64,000 nt of DNA from a bacterium (lineage in GTDB: Bacteria; Hinthialibacterota; Hinthialibacteria; Hinthialibacterales; Hinthialibacteraceae): NCBI GenBank assembly GCA_963662285.2, contig CAXXMV010000002.1:192001-256000 (forward strand). Direction: 5' to 3'. The notes under the pieces were generated by a model. That model had not been told where the DNA came from. It made no database searches and was given only the letters and a program-made list of their open reading frames with translations. A program made the translations under genes and the position numbers. The first letter of the stretch is position 1; every line of letters starts with the position of its first letter. This document shows, one piece after another, positions 40,873 to 51,180 of the stretch.

Positions 40873-43800
40873 TCAGGCTTCCTGATGTTCCACTTCAACG
40901 CTTTGCGTCCCAAATAGCGAAAATAGTTTGTATATAATCTGTACTGCATCTTCAAATAGGCTGTAAACAACAGGGATGATAAGTAATGTCAAGATGGTGG
41001 AGGACAACAATCCACCGATAACCGCTATGGCCATCGGGGCCCGGATTTCGGCGCCTTCTCCGAAGCCCATAGCCAGAGGTAAAAGAGCCAGAACCGTAGT
41101 TAATGTTGTCATGAGGATGGGACGCAAACGACGGCATCCGGCCCGGACAATGGCGTCAAACATTTCCTCGCCTTCGTCCCGGCGGAGATAATTAATGTAG
41201 TCGACAAGCACAATTGCGTTGTTGACGACGATGCCGGCCAGCATAATGATGCCAATGTATCCCATCAAATTTAAGGTTTGCCCGGTTAGATAAAAAGCCC
41301 AGATTACGCCCACTGCGGCGAGAGGCAGTGAAAACATGATAACGAATGGATGGAGAAGAGATTCAAATAACGACGCCATAACCATATATACAAGAACCAG
41401 TGCGAGAACCAGTGCGAAGGCGAGTCTTTCAAAAGATTCACGTCTACGCTGCTCTTCTCCACCGAAATTTATATAATAATTGCTTGGTGGTTGAATGTTT
41501 CCAATACTCTCTTGAACCGCTCCAACCGCATCGCTCAGTTTTTGACCTTCAGCCACGTCCGCCAGGACTCGAGCGATACGTTCCTGCTCCCGGTGTAGTA
41601 TTTCCCGTGGTCCGGGTTGAATATCCACATCGACCAGGTTGCCCAGAGTAACGGCTTGGCCATTTCCTGTCGGAATTAGAGTGTTGAGCAGTTCGGGCAG
41701 GTTCATTTCTCCATCACCCAGTTGAACGCGGATGGCTTTAGTTTGATCAACGTCCTGCAGGTTGGTGGCTACCATCCCGCGTAATTGGTTGGAGACAAGT
41801 GTTATTAACTGTTGTTGATCAAGATCGTATTCATTCATAAGAATACGGTCCGGGATAAGGTGCACTTCTGGATTCCCATCGAGGATAGTGGTTCGAATAT
41901 TGGCCAATTCGGCCAAAGTATCCATTTGGGCTTTTACATCTTTAGTAAGGTTGGTTAAGGTTTCTAAACTACGTCCTTTAATTTCAACGACGATAGCGGC
42001 TTTTTCGCCTCCGATTAATGTAGCAAGGGAAGTTTGAGACATAAGAAAGGTCAGTTCCAACTTATGTATTTGCTTTGCTCGCGGCTCTAAATATTCTATT
42101 ACCTGTGGTACGGATAGCGAGGAGCCATTTTTGAGTGAAACGAGCATTTCCGCCGTATGCGAACCTTCAGGTTCTTCATCAATGGCGCCGGTGTCGTTGG
42201 GCTTGGGGCCAATGCGGGTGAAAATATGATCGATGTGCTGTCCCAAATCTTGTGAAAGCCAACCTTCGATGCTTTTCGCGGCTTGTTCTGTTGTTTCCAG
42301 CTTGGAACCGGGCGGCAAGCGTAATTTAACAATGAATTGTGATTCGGCGGCTTGTGGAATAAATTCCTGTTTGATTTCTTGAAGCAAGGGATAAACAGAC
42401 AAACAAGCCAGTGAGATAAATAAACAAGTAATAAAGCGGTGTCGCAACGAGAAGGCTAAAAAGGAAGCGTAGATTCCGCCTTGCGTGTCGGAACGCGCCT
42501 GGGGAACTTTTTTCAAGTAACGGGAGCATAATGCAGGGATCATAATTAATGCAACAACTAATGATGTAAGCAAAGAGAAGACAACGGTTAAGGCTTGTTC
42601 CTTAAATAATTGCGCTGTAACGCCGCCCATATAGGCAATAGGGACGAAAACAACTACGGTAGTAAGGGTTGCGGCGGCGATGGCCGAAGCAACTTCTCCG
42701 GCGCCAATCATGGCGGCATCAGAAGGAGAGTCGCCTAGTTGCCGACGGCGAAAGATGTTTTCGATAACAACAATGGCATTATCCACTAACATGCCTGCCC
42801 CTAAGGCCAGGCCGCCCAAAGTCATGATATTGAGTGAAAGATCCATAAAATACATCAGGTTGAAAGTTGCTAAAATGGATACTGGAATAGCTAAAGCAAC
42901 AATGATGGTTGAGCGGATATTTCTTAAAAAAATCAAAAGAATTAATGATGCTAATCCAATGCCCTGAAAAGCAGTGTTCTTGACCTCTGATATTGAGCGG
43001 TTGATGAACAGCGATTGGTCATAAGCGACTTCCAGAGTTAAATCTTTGGGAATTATGCTGGTTTCCTGTCTTAGTCCAAATCCCCCTGCCATGCCTCTAT
43101 TACTGACAGGCTGGAGTTTATCTTGATCTTTGCCAAGAAAGTCACGGACAGATTTAACGACGTCAACCGTGTTTCCGCCAGCTTCTTTGTATAAAGCGAT
43201 GCCAACGCCGGGATTATTATCCATCCGTACCATATCTACCGGTTCTTCAAAACTCCACTTTGCTTCGCCCACATCGGTAAGATAAATGGGAACGCCGCCG
43301 GAATAACCAACGACGCATTGGGCGACCTGTTCGATATCTTCGATTTCGCCTATAGCCCTGATCATATAGCGCTGATTACCCTCTTCAACATATCCGCCGG
43401 AAGCGCTGACATTGGCTTGATCCAAGGCCTGTGAAATAGCTGGTATGGAAAGACCATAAAAATGGAGCAATTCGGGATCGAGCATACAATGGATTTCGGG
43501 GATTAATCCTCCGGTAACTTCGGCGCGGGCTACTCCCTTAATTCGTTCCAGGGCCGGGCCGATGGTACGTTCGCAGAGATAACGCAATTCTTCTAAATTA
43601 CGTTTTCCATATAATCCCAATGTCATAATGGGTAATGCGTTTGGATCGTAGCGATAAGCCGTTATTTCTTCGATTTCATCAATACGGCTGCCCTGGGTAT
43701 TCTTCTTAACTTCGAGCATGGCGAAGTTCATATCGGTTCCCCAGTTAAAATCGACGATTATGGCGCCTGAATCGGCGCGGGAAACGCTGGATACTTTATC

Positions 43801-44133
43801 GACGCCCGAGATAGTCTTTAATCGTCCTTCTAGAGGCTCAATGACGATTCTTTCTATTTCCTGGGGCGCCAAACCGGGAGCGTCGGCCATTACGGTTATT
43901 CTGGGGGCCCTTAGATCGGGGAATAAGTTGGTCGGTAATTTGCTGAGTGATATCCAACCCAGCATAATAATGCCTACAAAAAACATGCTGACCGTTACAG
44001 GGTATTTTACTGCGAATGCCGCGGCGCCCATTCCTCTACGAAGAAGGCCGCCATCTTCAATAGAACCATCTTGCGGTTGGCCAGCAACTTCTGAAGTTGC
44101 TTGATTTAAATTTTCTTTTTCACGATTATCCAT
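40873..44133 (-). CDS. RND (AcrB/SwrC-like) permease
   Basis: GMLVDNAIVVIENIFRR, GIVVNNAIVLVD, RLRPILMT, PMAIAVIGGL. Confidence 0.93.
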   Translation of the reverse strand: MDNREKENLNQATSEVAGQPQDGSIEDGGLLRRGMGAAAFAVKYPVTVSMFFVGIIMLGWISLSKLPTNLFPDLRAPRITVMADAPGLAPQEIERIVIEPLEGRLKTISGVDKVSSVSRADSGAIIVDFNWGTDMNFAMLEVKKNTQGSRIDEIEEITAYRYDPNALPIMTLGLYGKRNLEELRYLCERTIGPALERIKGVARAEVTGGLIPEIHCMLDPELLHFYGLSIPAISQALDQANVSASGGYVEEGNQRYMIRAIGEIEDIEQVAQCVVGYSGGVPIYLTDVGEAKWSFEEPVDMVRMDNNPGVGIALYKEAGGNTVDVVKSVRDFLGKDQDKLQPVSNRGMAGGFGLRQETSIIPKDLTLEVAYDQSLFINRSISEVKNTAFQGIGLASLILLIFLRNIRSTIIVALAIPVSILATFNLMYFMDLSLNIMTLGGLALGAGMLVDNAIVVIENIFRRRQLGDSPSDAAMIGAGEVASAIAAATLTTVVVFVPIAYMGGVTAQLFKEQALTVVFSLLTSLVVALIMIPALCSRYLKKVPQARSDTQGGIYASFLAFSLRHRFITCLFISLACLSVYPLLQEIKQEFIPQAAESQFIVKLRLPPGSKLETTEQAAKSIEGWLSQDLGQHIDHIFTRIGPKPNDTGAIDEEPEGSHTAEMLVSLKNGSSLSVPQVIEYLEPRAKQIHKLELTFLMSQTSLATLIGGEKAAIVVEIKGRSLETLTNLTKDVKAQMDTLAELANIRTTILDGNPEVHLIPDRILMNEYDLDQQQLITLVSNQLRGMVATNLQDVDQTKAIRVQLGDGEMNLPELLNTLIPTGNGQAVTLGNLVDVDIQPGPREILHREQERIARVLADVAEGQKLSDAVGAVQESIGNIQPPSNYYINFGGEEQRRRESFERLAFALVLALVLVYMVMASLFESLLHPFVIMFSLPLAAVGVIWAFYLTGQTLNLMGYIGIIMLAGIVVNNAIVLVDYINYLRRDEGEEMFDAIVRAGCRRLRPILMTTLTTVLALLPLAMGFGEGAEIRAPMAIAVIGGLLSSTILTLLIIPVVYSLFEDAVQIIYKLFSLFGTQSVEVEHQEA

Positions 44134-44196
44134 CAGAGATCCTTCTGTTTAGACTATACAAAATTGAACAAATCCATATCAGGAACACCATTAAAC

Positions 44197-45042
44197 CTAT
44201 GTAAACCACTTGGACGTTTGCCGTAATTGGCGGAAAAGATAATCTAATACAAATCCAGCCAATACCAGAACAAATATTCTGTTAAAAATTATGGAAAATA
44301 AGGGTGAATTTCTTGAAATTACGCCCGGGGGAAGAATCGGATTGGCGAACAGTTCGATAGGGCCGATAGAGCGCAACCAGAAAAAATGGACGCCCAAAAT
44401 AAGCAGTGATACTAATCCGGTAGCAATTCCATGTTTGCAAAAGGTTGATACTAATATTGTTATGGAACCAACAGCAAAAGATGTTGTGGTTAACAGTAGA
44501 ATTATGGTCCATCGCCCTTCGGTATATGCGCTGAAGTAGCTGAAAAACAATATTACCAGAACGCTAAAAATTAGTTGCCAAAGGGTTACTGTAACAAGTT
44601 GAAGAACAATCAATGCGCCGCGACGAATTGGTTGGCTCCAAAGAATTTCCAGTGTTCCATCATCCCTTTCACGGGGTAATATGTTCATGCATAGTAAAAC
44701 CATAACTAGCGAGAAATAGATGTAGCAATAATATAAGAGCTCATGCATATTCTGGCCATGGTTTTGGGTTACTACCCAGCCAAAAAAAGCTAATGCTCCA
44801 ATTAGCGCAAGAAAGGATTCGATGCGTAGAAAAAGCCGGGAAGTAAAAAGAAATAATTTGAACCAATAAGAAATCTCTCTGAAACTCCATTTTACGGCGT
44901 GGAAAAAAGTTGCTATGATCCAATATATATTCTGGCCTAGTACGATAAAGAGTGAAAGAAAACCTTTCCACGCACGTTTAATAAGACCTGGCGGCATGCT
45001 GGCGGAAGCAGGAAGTTTTTCTAAATTATCCAATGAATCCAT
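44197..45042 (-). CDS. ABC-2-type permease
   Basis: About 6 TMs, ERDDGTLEILWSQPIRR motif. Confidence 0.8.
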   Translation of the reverse strand: MDSLDNLEKLPASASMPPGLIKRAWKGFLSLFIVLGQNIYWIIATFFHAVKWSFREISYWFKLFLFTSRLFLRIESFLALIGALAFFGWVVTQNHGQNMHELLYYCYIYFSLVMVLLCMNILPRERDDGTLEILWSQPIRRGALIVLQLVTVTLWQLIFSVLVILFFSYFSAYTEGRWTIILLLTTTSFAVGSITILVSTFCKHGIATGLVSLLILGVHFFWLRSIGPIELFANPILPPGVISRNSPLFSIIFNRIFVLVLAGFVLDYLFRQLRQTSKWFT

Positions 45043-45053
45043 GGTTCATTTCC

Positions 45054-45932
45054 CTATGCAGCTTGTGAATCGGTGTTTAGAAATCGGATATATGCATCTT
45101 CCAGATTAGGCGCCACATTGTGCGCGTTCTCTTTAGGAGGCGTTGGCGAAATAATGCGGAAGCAAATGCCTTTTATGTCTTCACGGATAGAGACCAGATT
45201 CTTACTGCCGGTGAAGGTCTCTACGTCATCTGCATCGCCATAAAATTCCCAGGTTTGTTCATTTGCGGCTCTCACGAATTCAGAAGGAGAGCCATGAAAG
45301 TGGATGCGACCATCCAGCAGCAACGCTAATTTACTGCATGTTTCTTCGATGTCTTTAACAATGTGGGTAGAAAGAATGACAATTCTATTCTGTCCCAATT
45401 CAAACAGTAAATTTCTGAAATGGATGCGTTCTTCAGGGTCAAGTCCTGCGGTTGGCTCATCGACCACGATTAGTTTAGGATCGTTTATCAGAGCTTGAGC
45501 GATGCCGATGCGTCGCAGCATCCCGCCGGAGAAAGTTTTCAGGCGTTTATGAGCTACTTCGGTAAGACGTACAGCAGCCAACAATTCATCGATATTGCGA
45601 CGCAGATTGCGACCATACATGCCGCGTAGACCGCCGAGATAATTGAGGAATTCTCTAGCAGTCAATTCTGGAAAGTAGCCGAAAAATTGTGGTAAATATC
45701 CTAGCAAGGGACGAATTTTACTTGCTTGTTTACGGCTATCGAAACCATCGATTAGAATTGTTCCAGAAGTCGGTTCTAACAGCTGGGTTAAAATTTCCAT
45801 CAAAGTTGTTTTTCCGGCGCCGTTTGGACCCAGCAATCCGAAAAGACCATCTTTTATATGGAGGTCGATTTCCTTCAGGGCTTGATGTCCGTCGGGATAT
45901 ATTTTAGAAAGATCTTTACAAATCACTTCCAT
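45054..45932 (-). CDS. ABC transporter ATP-binding protein
   Basis: GPNGAGKTT, GYLPQ, FSGGM, IVVDEPTAGLDP, STH, NLEDAY. Confidence 0.95.
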   Translation of the reverse strand: MEVICKDLSKIYPDGHQALKEIDLHIKDGLFGLLGPNGAGKTTLMEILTQLLEPTSGTILIDGFDSRKQASKIRPLLGYLPQFFGYFPELTAREFLNYLGGLRGMYGRNLRRNIDELLAAVRLTEVAHKRLKTFSGGMLRRIGIAQALINDPKLIVVDEPTAGLDPEERIHFRNLLFELGQNRIVILSTHIVKDIEETCSKLALLLDGRIHFHGSPSEFVRAANEQTWEFYGDADDVETFTGSKNLVSIREDIKGICFRIISPTPPKENAHNVAPNLEDAYIRFLNTDSQAA

Positions 45933-45986
45933 AATGGGTGATCTCCGAAATAGGCGCAGAGAAAGCGGTATTACGAAATTTTAAAA

Positions 45987-46006
45987 GCCGCGTTTGAAGA
46001 CGCGGC
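45987..46006 (-). terminator. Intra-operon hairpin after the adaptor gene
   Basis: GCCGCGT-CTTCAA-ACGCGGC followed by TTTT on the minus strand. Confidence 0.6.
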
Positions 46007-46033
46007 GAATATTTATCATAAGCAGCATGGCTA

Positions 46034-47566
46034 TTATTTTGCGTCGGATTCAGTGGTTGTTTTTGTGGAATCATCTCCACTAAGGAATTCCTCATCGCGA
46101 ATAGTGATATTGATGTCAACATCATCGGTTAGCGTTTCATATCCTAATACTACAAGAAGATCGCCTTCTTGCAGACCGTCGATAATTTCAATTTTTTCAC
46201 GATTCTCTATACCGACGGTAACCACTCTCTCCTCGGCAATAAGATCAGGTTCTTCTTTTTTAACTGGTTCTTCCTCTTCATCAAACAGTTCTTCGTCAGT
46301 TGCATCAGAGATATCATCAGTAGCGGCTGCAATTTTAGGGGAAATATCTTCGGCGGCGGATGCTGTTTTTTCAAAACCTTTATTCGAAGCTAAAGGAATT
46401 TTTTCGTTTGAAGGTTGATCATCGTTTGTTTGGGGCAATTGCAATTCTTCGGTTGCGCTTTTAACTTCTTCTTCGATGGGTTTTTCCTTTGCAACAAAGA
46501 CAACCTGGCGGTTGTTGCGTAGAAGCACCAATTCCCGTGGGATGCTTATGGAATCTAATCTCTCTTCGGTAATTATCCTTGCTTTGGCGAACATACCCGG
46601 CCGTAATTCGTGGGCGGGATTATCTACCAGAACATTGACGGTATAGGTTCGGGTGGTTGAGTTGAGCGCGGTGGAGATATCAGCGATTTTGCCGATATAA
46701 ACCATAGCGGATTTGGTATAGACTTCGAGTTCTACCTGTTGTCCAATTTCCACTTCGACAAGATCTTTGGCTGGCACATCAAGCGCCACATAGACCTTGT
46801 CGATATTTGCCAATCGGCAGAGAACGGTGCCTTGAGCAATGGTTTGACCATTAAATAATGTCAAATCAGTCTCTTCGGTGGATCGTTGGGCTATGGAGAC
46901 ATTTTGCCGGGCTGGCAGAAGAACGCCGCTATATGGGATTACAATGGGAACTTTTTCTTGATCCTGCTTGATTCTTTGTAATTCCATTTGTCTGGAACGA
47001 ATCGTTTTCAAGGTAGACTCAAAAGCATTTTTTCTTTGTATTCTGGCAAGAATCGCTTGATCATACTCATATTTGGAGATAGCGCCGCGTTCGAACATCG
47101 CTTGCTTAAATGCTTCATCTTTATAAGCTTGCGCCAAGTTAGCGCTGGCTGGATTGATCTCTGCTTTGGCTGATTCAAGTTGCAATTCAGATATTTCAAT
47201 ATTCCGGTTTAATTCACGCGCATCCATTCTGGCCAGGATTTCGTCTTTTTTAACTTCGTCGCCTTCCAGCCATTTCTGCGTATAGTAAATACGGCCAGAC
47301 ATTTCAGGTTTGATTTCCAGTTCTTTAATAGGGACGACAGTTCCTCTGGCCTGGAGATAGGCAAACATTCTGCCGCGGGTAACGCGTTCTACGGTTACAG
47401 GTATTTTGAATTTGGGTTTTTGAGGTTTACCAAAATTTCCACCGGGTTTTCCTTGTGAAAGTTTACTGCCCTGCCCCGCTTTGTTGGATTTTCCCCCGAA
47501 ATATCCGCAACCAGTGATTAAAGCGATTCCAAGCGTAAGAATTAAAAAACTGCGCACCATTTTCAT
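46034..47566 (-). CDS. RND periplasmic adaptor (membrane fusion) lipoprotein
   Basis: LITGC lipobox; IKPEMSGRI..EGDEVKK lipoyl half; coiled hairpin; LRPGMFAKA; IEIIDGLQEGD. Confidence 0.9.
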   Translation of the reverse strand: MKMVRSFLILTLGIALITGCGYFGGKSNKAGQGSKLSQGKPGGNFGKPQKPKFKIPVTVERVTRGRMFAYLQARGTVVPIKELEIKPEMSGRIYYTQKWLEGDEVKKDEILARMDARELNRNIEISELQLESAKAEINPASANLAQAYKDEAFKQAMFERGAISKYEYDQAILARIQRKNAFESTLKTIRSRQMELQRIKQDQEKVPIVIPYSGVLLPARQNVSIAQRSTEETDLTLFNGQTIAQGTVLCRLANIDKVYVALDVPAKDLVEVEIGQQVELEVYTKSAMVYIGKIADISTALNSTTRTYTVNVLVDNPAHELRPGMFAKARIITEERLDSISIPRELVLLRNNRQVVFVAKEKPIEEEVKSATEELQLPQTNDDQPSNEKIPLASNKGFEKTASAAEDISPKIAAATDDISDATDEELFDEEEEPVKKEEPDLIAEERVVTVGIENREKIEIIDGLQEGDLLVVLGYETLTDDVDINITIRDEEFLSGDDSTKTTTESDAK

Positions 47567-48196
47567 AATGATCGATTCCTGTATTGATTTATTGATTAAT
47601 TAACTTCTTGTAATTATATTGCTTATGATAGTTCAAAGATAATGAAGATTCAGTGTTCCCTACTTAACTTTATTTTTGAATAAACGTTTGACATCTCTTT
47701 TTACTACGCAAATTTACCTATAAAGGTTTAAAAAAAGTTTTACGATAAACGAAATAGAATATTTCAAATAGTACAAAAACGACAAATTCATCGTTCAAAT
47801 TTGACCAATAAATACAAAATCACAATATTATTTATTTATCATATAATTAATAGCCAGTGGCTATCAGTCCGCTTTATCCGCTGGCGGCTTTGTGAGCGGA
47901 ACAAATAGGAGGAATTAATTTAATAAGTATAGGTCTCGTATTTAAGAAGATATGTTCCTTTTAAAATAATTTTATCATAGGAGAATTATCAAGATGAATT
48001 TATTAAAATATGATGGTAATTCTCATATTTATCTGCATAAATCTTTAGACTTGATAACGGCCAAAATATTCTTTTCATCTATAAATCTATTCAATTATTT
48101 TTTTAATCTATTCTATTGTAGCGAGGCGCTGAATATGAGAAACTGGTAATAGGGTTAATTATTCTTGATTATAAAATAAGTCTATTTGTAAAATGA

Positions 48197-49501
48197 TCAA
48201 AATTTAGACCTGATTTTCATAAGTCTTGGGAAGGCTAGTTTTTTCAATCTGTCAGGGATGAGAGTTTCTGCATTATTAAATAATTCTATCGCTAGTTTTT
48301 TGTCGTGTTCCAGGGTAAGAAGGGCGTCTTTGATGATGGGCGCCGCCGGGAAGCCAAAAAACCAGCCGCCATACAACTCAAGGATTTCATCAACAGTTGG
48401 CTGCGGCGACCATGATAACATCGACCAGGCGAAACGGGCAATTTCATCTGTCGAGGATGTTGAATAACCCAAGGCGCCATAAGTCAGTGGGGCGTGATCA
48501 AAAAAACGCCGGGCTAATGTTGTTATAGAATTATTTTTCTCAGAAAGATGATTCATGCTAATTAACTGCATGGTTAATGGCATTTCCCGTTTAATCATTT
48601 CGAATGGGCCGCTACTTGGTCCATAAACAATTGTTTTTACATTGTTGTTATTTGTAGAGCATAATTCATAAAAAATCTCATCTAATTCATCTTCCTGAAA
48701 ACCATCTATTCCTAACCATAATTCAGCTAAATTTGGATTATTAGCAATAGATTTAGTGAATCCAGCGAATTTATCTAAATAAACTTTTGGTGAATGGATA
48801 TCCGCTGGTTTGGATTTGAACCATGAAATAGCTGGATTTTCAGGGAAAGAATAGCCGGTTTTATGGTCTATGCCAATTAATAACGATTGTTGATGTTTTT
48901 TTATCAGGTTTATATCATGTTGAGTTAAACAATCCGCATTAAAACCACAGGTGTTATTGCCCCATAATGCATGGTTGGTAATTAATTCGCTGGGTATATT
49001 ATTCTGATTATCAGGCTCACTATTTGTAAATTTAGAGAAATAACACCCGCGTATCGGGATCAGAGGCTTAAAATTCTGGTTTACTGGATTCAGCTGAAGA
49101 CTATTGTCGCCAAACTGCATGAAGCGCAGTAGTATTCCCACGCCGTTAAACAACGATTTTTCCGAACCGCAAACAATTAAGACCTTAAAAATACCATCAT
49201 CTTGCAGGGTTCTTATATTTATATGTTCTGCATAATCGGGGTAGGGCAGCAATTTAAGGGGTAGTTCGATTTTGCTTTGAGTTTCGTTAAAGAGCGTTTC
49301 TAATGTTTCTATCTGGATTTGGAGCGTGTTGTCATCTTTTCTTGATGACGAATCTCTTTGAATAATTTCGCAGGGACAGTCTATACGTAGGCGGATTTCA
49401 GATTGGAGTAATTGAGCAGCGGTAGTATATTCTGATGGGGCGGCGTCTGGAACGAGGATTTCTATTACGTCATCAGTGGAGTTAAGATTAATCATGGTCA
49501 A
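48197..49501 (-). CDS. Hypothetical protein, possibly a degenerate glycoside-hydrolase-like fold
   Basis: AAQLLQSEI, GSEKSLFNGVGILLR, IRG pattern reminiscent of GH20/GH67 N-domains; weak. Confidence 0.55.
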   Translation of the reverse strand: MTMINLNSTDDVIEILVPDAAPSEYTTAAQLLQSEIRLRIDCPCEIIQRDSSSRKDDNTLQIQIETLETLFNETQSKIELPLKLLPYPDYAEHINIRTLQDDGIFKVLIVCGSEKSLFNGVGILLRFMQFGDNSLQLNPVNQNFKPLIPIRGCYFSKFTNSEPDNQNNIPSELITNHALWGNNTCGFNADCLTQHDINLIKKHQQSLLIGIDHKTGYSFPENPAISWFKSKPADIHSPKVYLDKFAGFTKSIANNPNLAELWLGIDGFQEDELDEIFYELCSTNNNNVKTIVYGPSSGPFEMIKREMPLTMQLISMNHLSEKNNSITTLARRFFDHAPLTYGALGYSTSSTDEIARFAWSMLSWSPQPTVDEILELYGGWFFGFPAAPIIKDALLTLEHDKKLAIELFNNAETLIPDRLKKLAFPRLMKIRSKF

Positions 49502-49576
49502 CTCTTTATGATTCTTTCATGTAATTTAATGCTAGATTACTATATCATTGATGTCATATCAAAAAAGGAAAAGACT

Positions 49577-50584
49577 ATGTTGAAATATATACAATATATT
49601 TATCTTCCAATATTCATGTCAATTATGATCTTGCAAAGCGGCTGCGGGCCGGTTAACCAAAACCCGGAGATTACCTTCAGCCATATTTTAAGCGATCAAT
49701 CTGAATGGCATGCCGGGGCGCTGCGTTGGAAAGAACTGGTTGAACAAAAACTGAGCGATAAGATTAAAATCCGCCTGGTTACAACCGCTGCATTATCAAA
49801 GAATAACCAACGAACCGAGCTGGAGATGGTGCAGGCCGGGACTCTGAGCGGTTCCTGGGAATCAAGCATCCTTTTAACTTTGGTTGATCCGCAATGGACG
49901 GTCTGGTCGCTGCCCTGGTTGTTTGATTCGTATGACGAAGCCGAACGCGTTTGCGAAAGCGAGCTGGGCGAAGAGATGCTTAAGACGCTGGAAAAGAAAG
50001 GCATAGTTGGACTTGGTTACGGGTTTAATGGATTCCGGCGGCTTACCAACTCAAAACGGCCCATTACTTCTGTGGAGGATATGAAAAACCTGAAGATACG
50101 GGTTCCATCTATTCAAATGTATATCTCGCTGTTCCGGCTATGGGGCGCTGATCCCAGCTCGATGAACTTCGGCGACTTGATTGTTGCGCTGCGTGAAGGC
50201 GGGATGGATGGGCAGGAGAATCCTCTTCATGTCATCGAATCGCGGGGACTCTATGAATTGCAGGAACATTTGACCCTATGGGAATATTCGTTTGACCCCA
50301 TAGTTTTTTGTATGAGCAAGCGGGTGTGGGACCGGTTACCGGTGGAGAAGCAAAACATATTACGCGATGCCGCGAAAGAGGCCTGCCGGTATCAGAGGAA
50401 AACAGTTGTCGAAAATGAGAAGGTTCACTTGGAAACCTTGCGGGAAAAGGGTATGAAAATCACAGTTCCCTCCCCCGCTGCAATTAATGAATTTAAGGAT
50501 ATTTCCAAATCTATGTATAGTGAATATGAACAGGTTATCGGGAAAGATATATTGGATCGGTTTGTTGAACAAACTAATCGGTAA
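49577..50584 (+). CDS. dctP: TRAP transporter substrate-binding protein (lipoprotein)
   Basis: NGFRRLTN, LKIRVP, DGQENP; lipobox-like LQSGC; likely ATG at 49577. Confidence 0.92.
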   Translation: MLKYIQYIYLPIFMSIMILQSGCGPVNQNPEITFSHILSDQSEWHAGALRWKELVEQKLSDKIKIRLVTTAALSKNNQRTELEMVQAGTLSGSWESSILLTLVDPQWTVWSLPWLFDSYDEAERVCESELGEEMLKTLEKKGIVGLGYGFNGFRRLTNSKRPITSVEDMKNLKIRVPSIQMYISLFRLWGADPSSMNFGDLIVALREGGMDGQENPLHVIESRGLYELQEHLTLWEYSFDPIVFCMSKRVWDRLPVEKQNILRDAAKEACRYQRKTVVENEKVHLETLREKGMKITVPSPAAINEFKDISKSMYSEYEQVIGKDILDRFVEQTNR

Positions 50585-50653
50585 TATGCAAAAGATGTAG
50601 AATTGGTTTTATCTTCTACGTTGATTGTAGATAAAATATATAGAGATTAATAA

Positions 50654-50697
50654 GGTGGATCCAATCAAGGGCAGAAAGGACACTGCCCTTGCCACCC
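50654..50697 (+). repeat. Family A' palindromic repeat
   Basis: TCAAGGGCAGAAAGGACACTGCCCTTGCCACCC. Confidence 0.85.
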
Positions 50698-50715
50698 GTT
50701 TTGGTGGGATAATAG

Positions 50716-51174
50716 ATGAAGAAAATCCATTATTTGTTTGAAGAGCGATTTTTGATAGTTATTTTGATCATTCAGGCGCTTTTGGTTTGCGCCGGGGTGT
50801 TATCGCGGTTTGTTTTTAGCTGGTCGCTCTCTTTTACTGAAGAGATCACCCGGTATTCACTGATCTGGTTGGCATGCCTGGGGCTTTCGGCTGGATGCGC
50901 TCGAGATGAAATGATAGGTTTCAAGTGGCCGGGCCGGAAAAACAGGCTTAAGGCGGTCGTTTTTTTGTGGATTAGCCGCGTCGCCGCCGGGCTATTTGTC
51001 TTGGCGTTACTTGGTTCTTCTATTCAGATGATTAAGTTGCAGTGGAATTATAACCAGCTGACCAGCGTCATGGGTTGGCCGATTGTATGGGTAAGCGTCG
51101 CATTGCCAGTTGCTGCGGTTTTGGTGTTATTACGGCTGATTCCAAAATTTCAGGCGCCAGCTGATGATTATTAG
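50716..51174 (+). CDS. dctQ: TRAP transporter small permease
   Basis: 4 TMs; VLSRF..FTEEITRYSLIW. Confidence 0.85.
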   Translation: MKKIHYLFEERFLIVILIIQALLVCAGVLSRFVFSWSLSFTEEITRYSLIWLACLGLSAGCARDEMIGFKWPGRKNRLKAVVFLWISRVAAGLFVLALLGSSIQMIKLQWNYNQLTSVMGWPIVWVSVALPVAAVLVLLRLIPKFQAPADDY

Positions 51175-51180
51175 GAAGGT

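Noticed and set aside
31923-47566. Export operon as a tRNA-Leu-integrated island
   Set aside because: It lies 5' of the tRNA, has no integrase or att repeat, and its composition looks like the host's
47994-48149. 51-aa ORF (MNLLKYDG...) with AGGAG upstream, as possible exported peptide
   Set aside because: Composition (F/N/L/I-rich) is typical of random AT-rich DNA; no leader motif; cannot be supported
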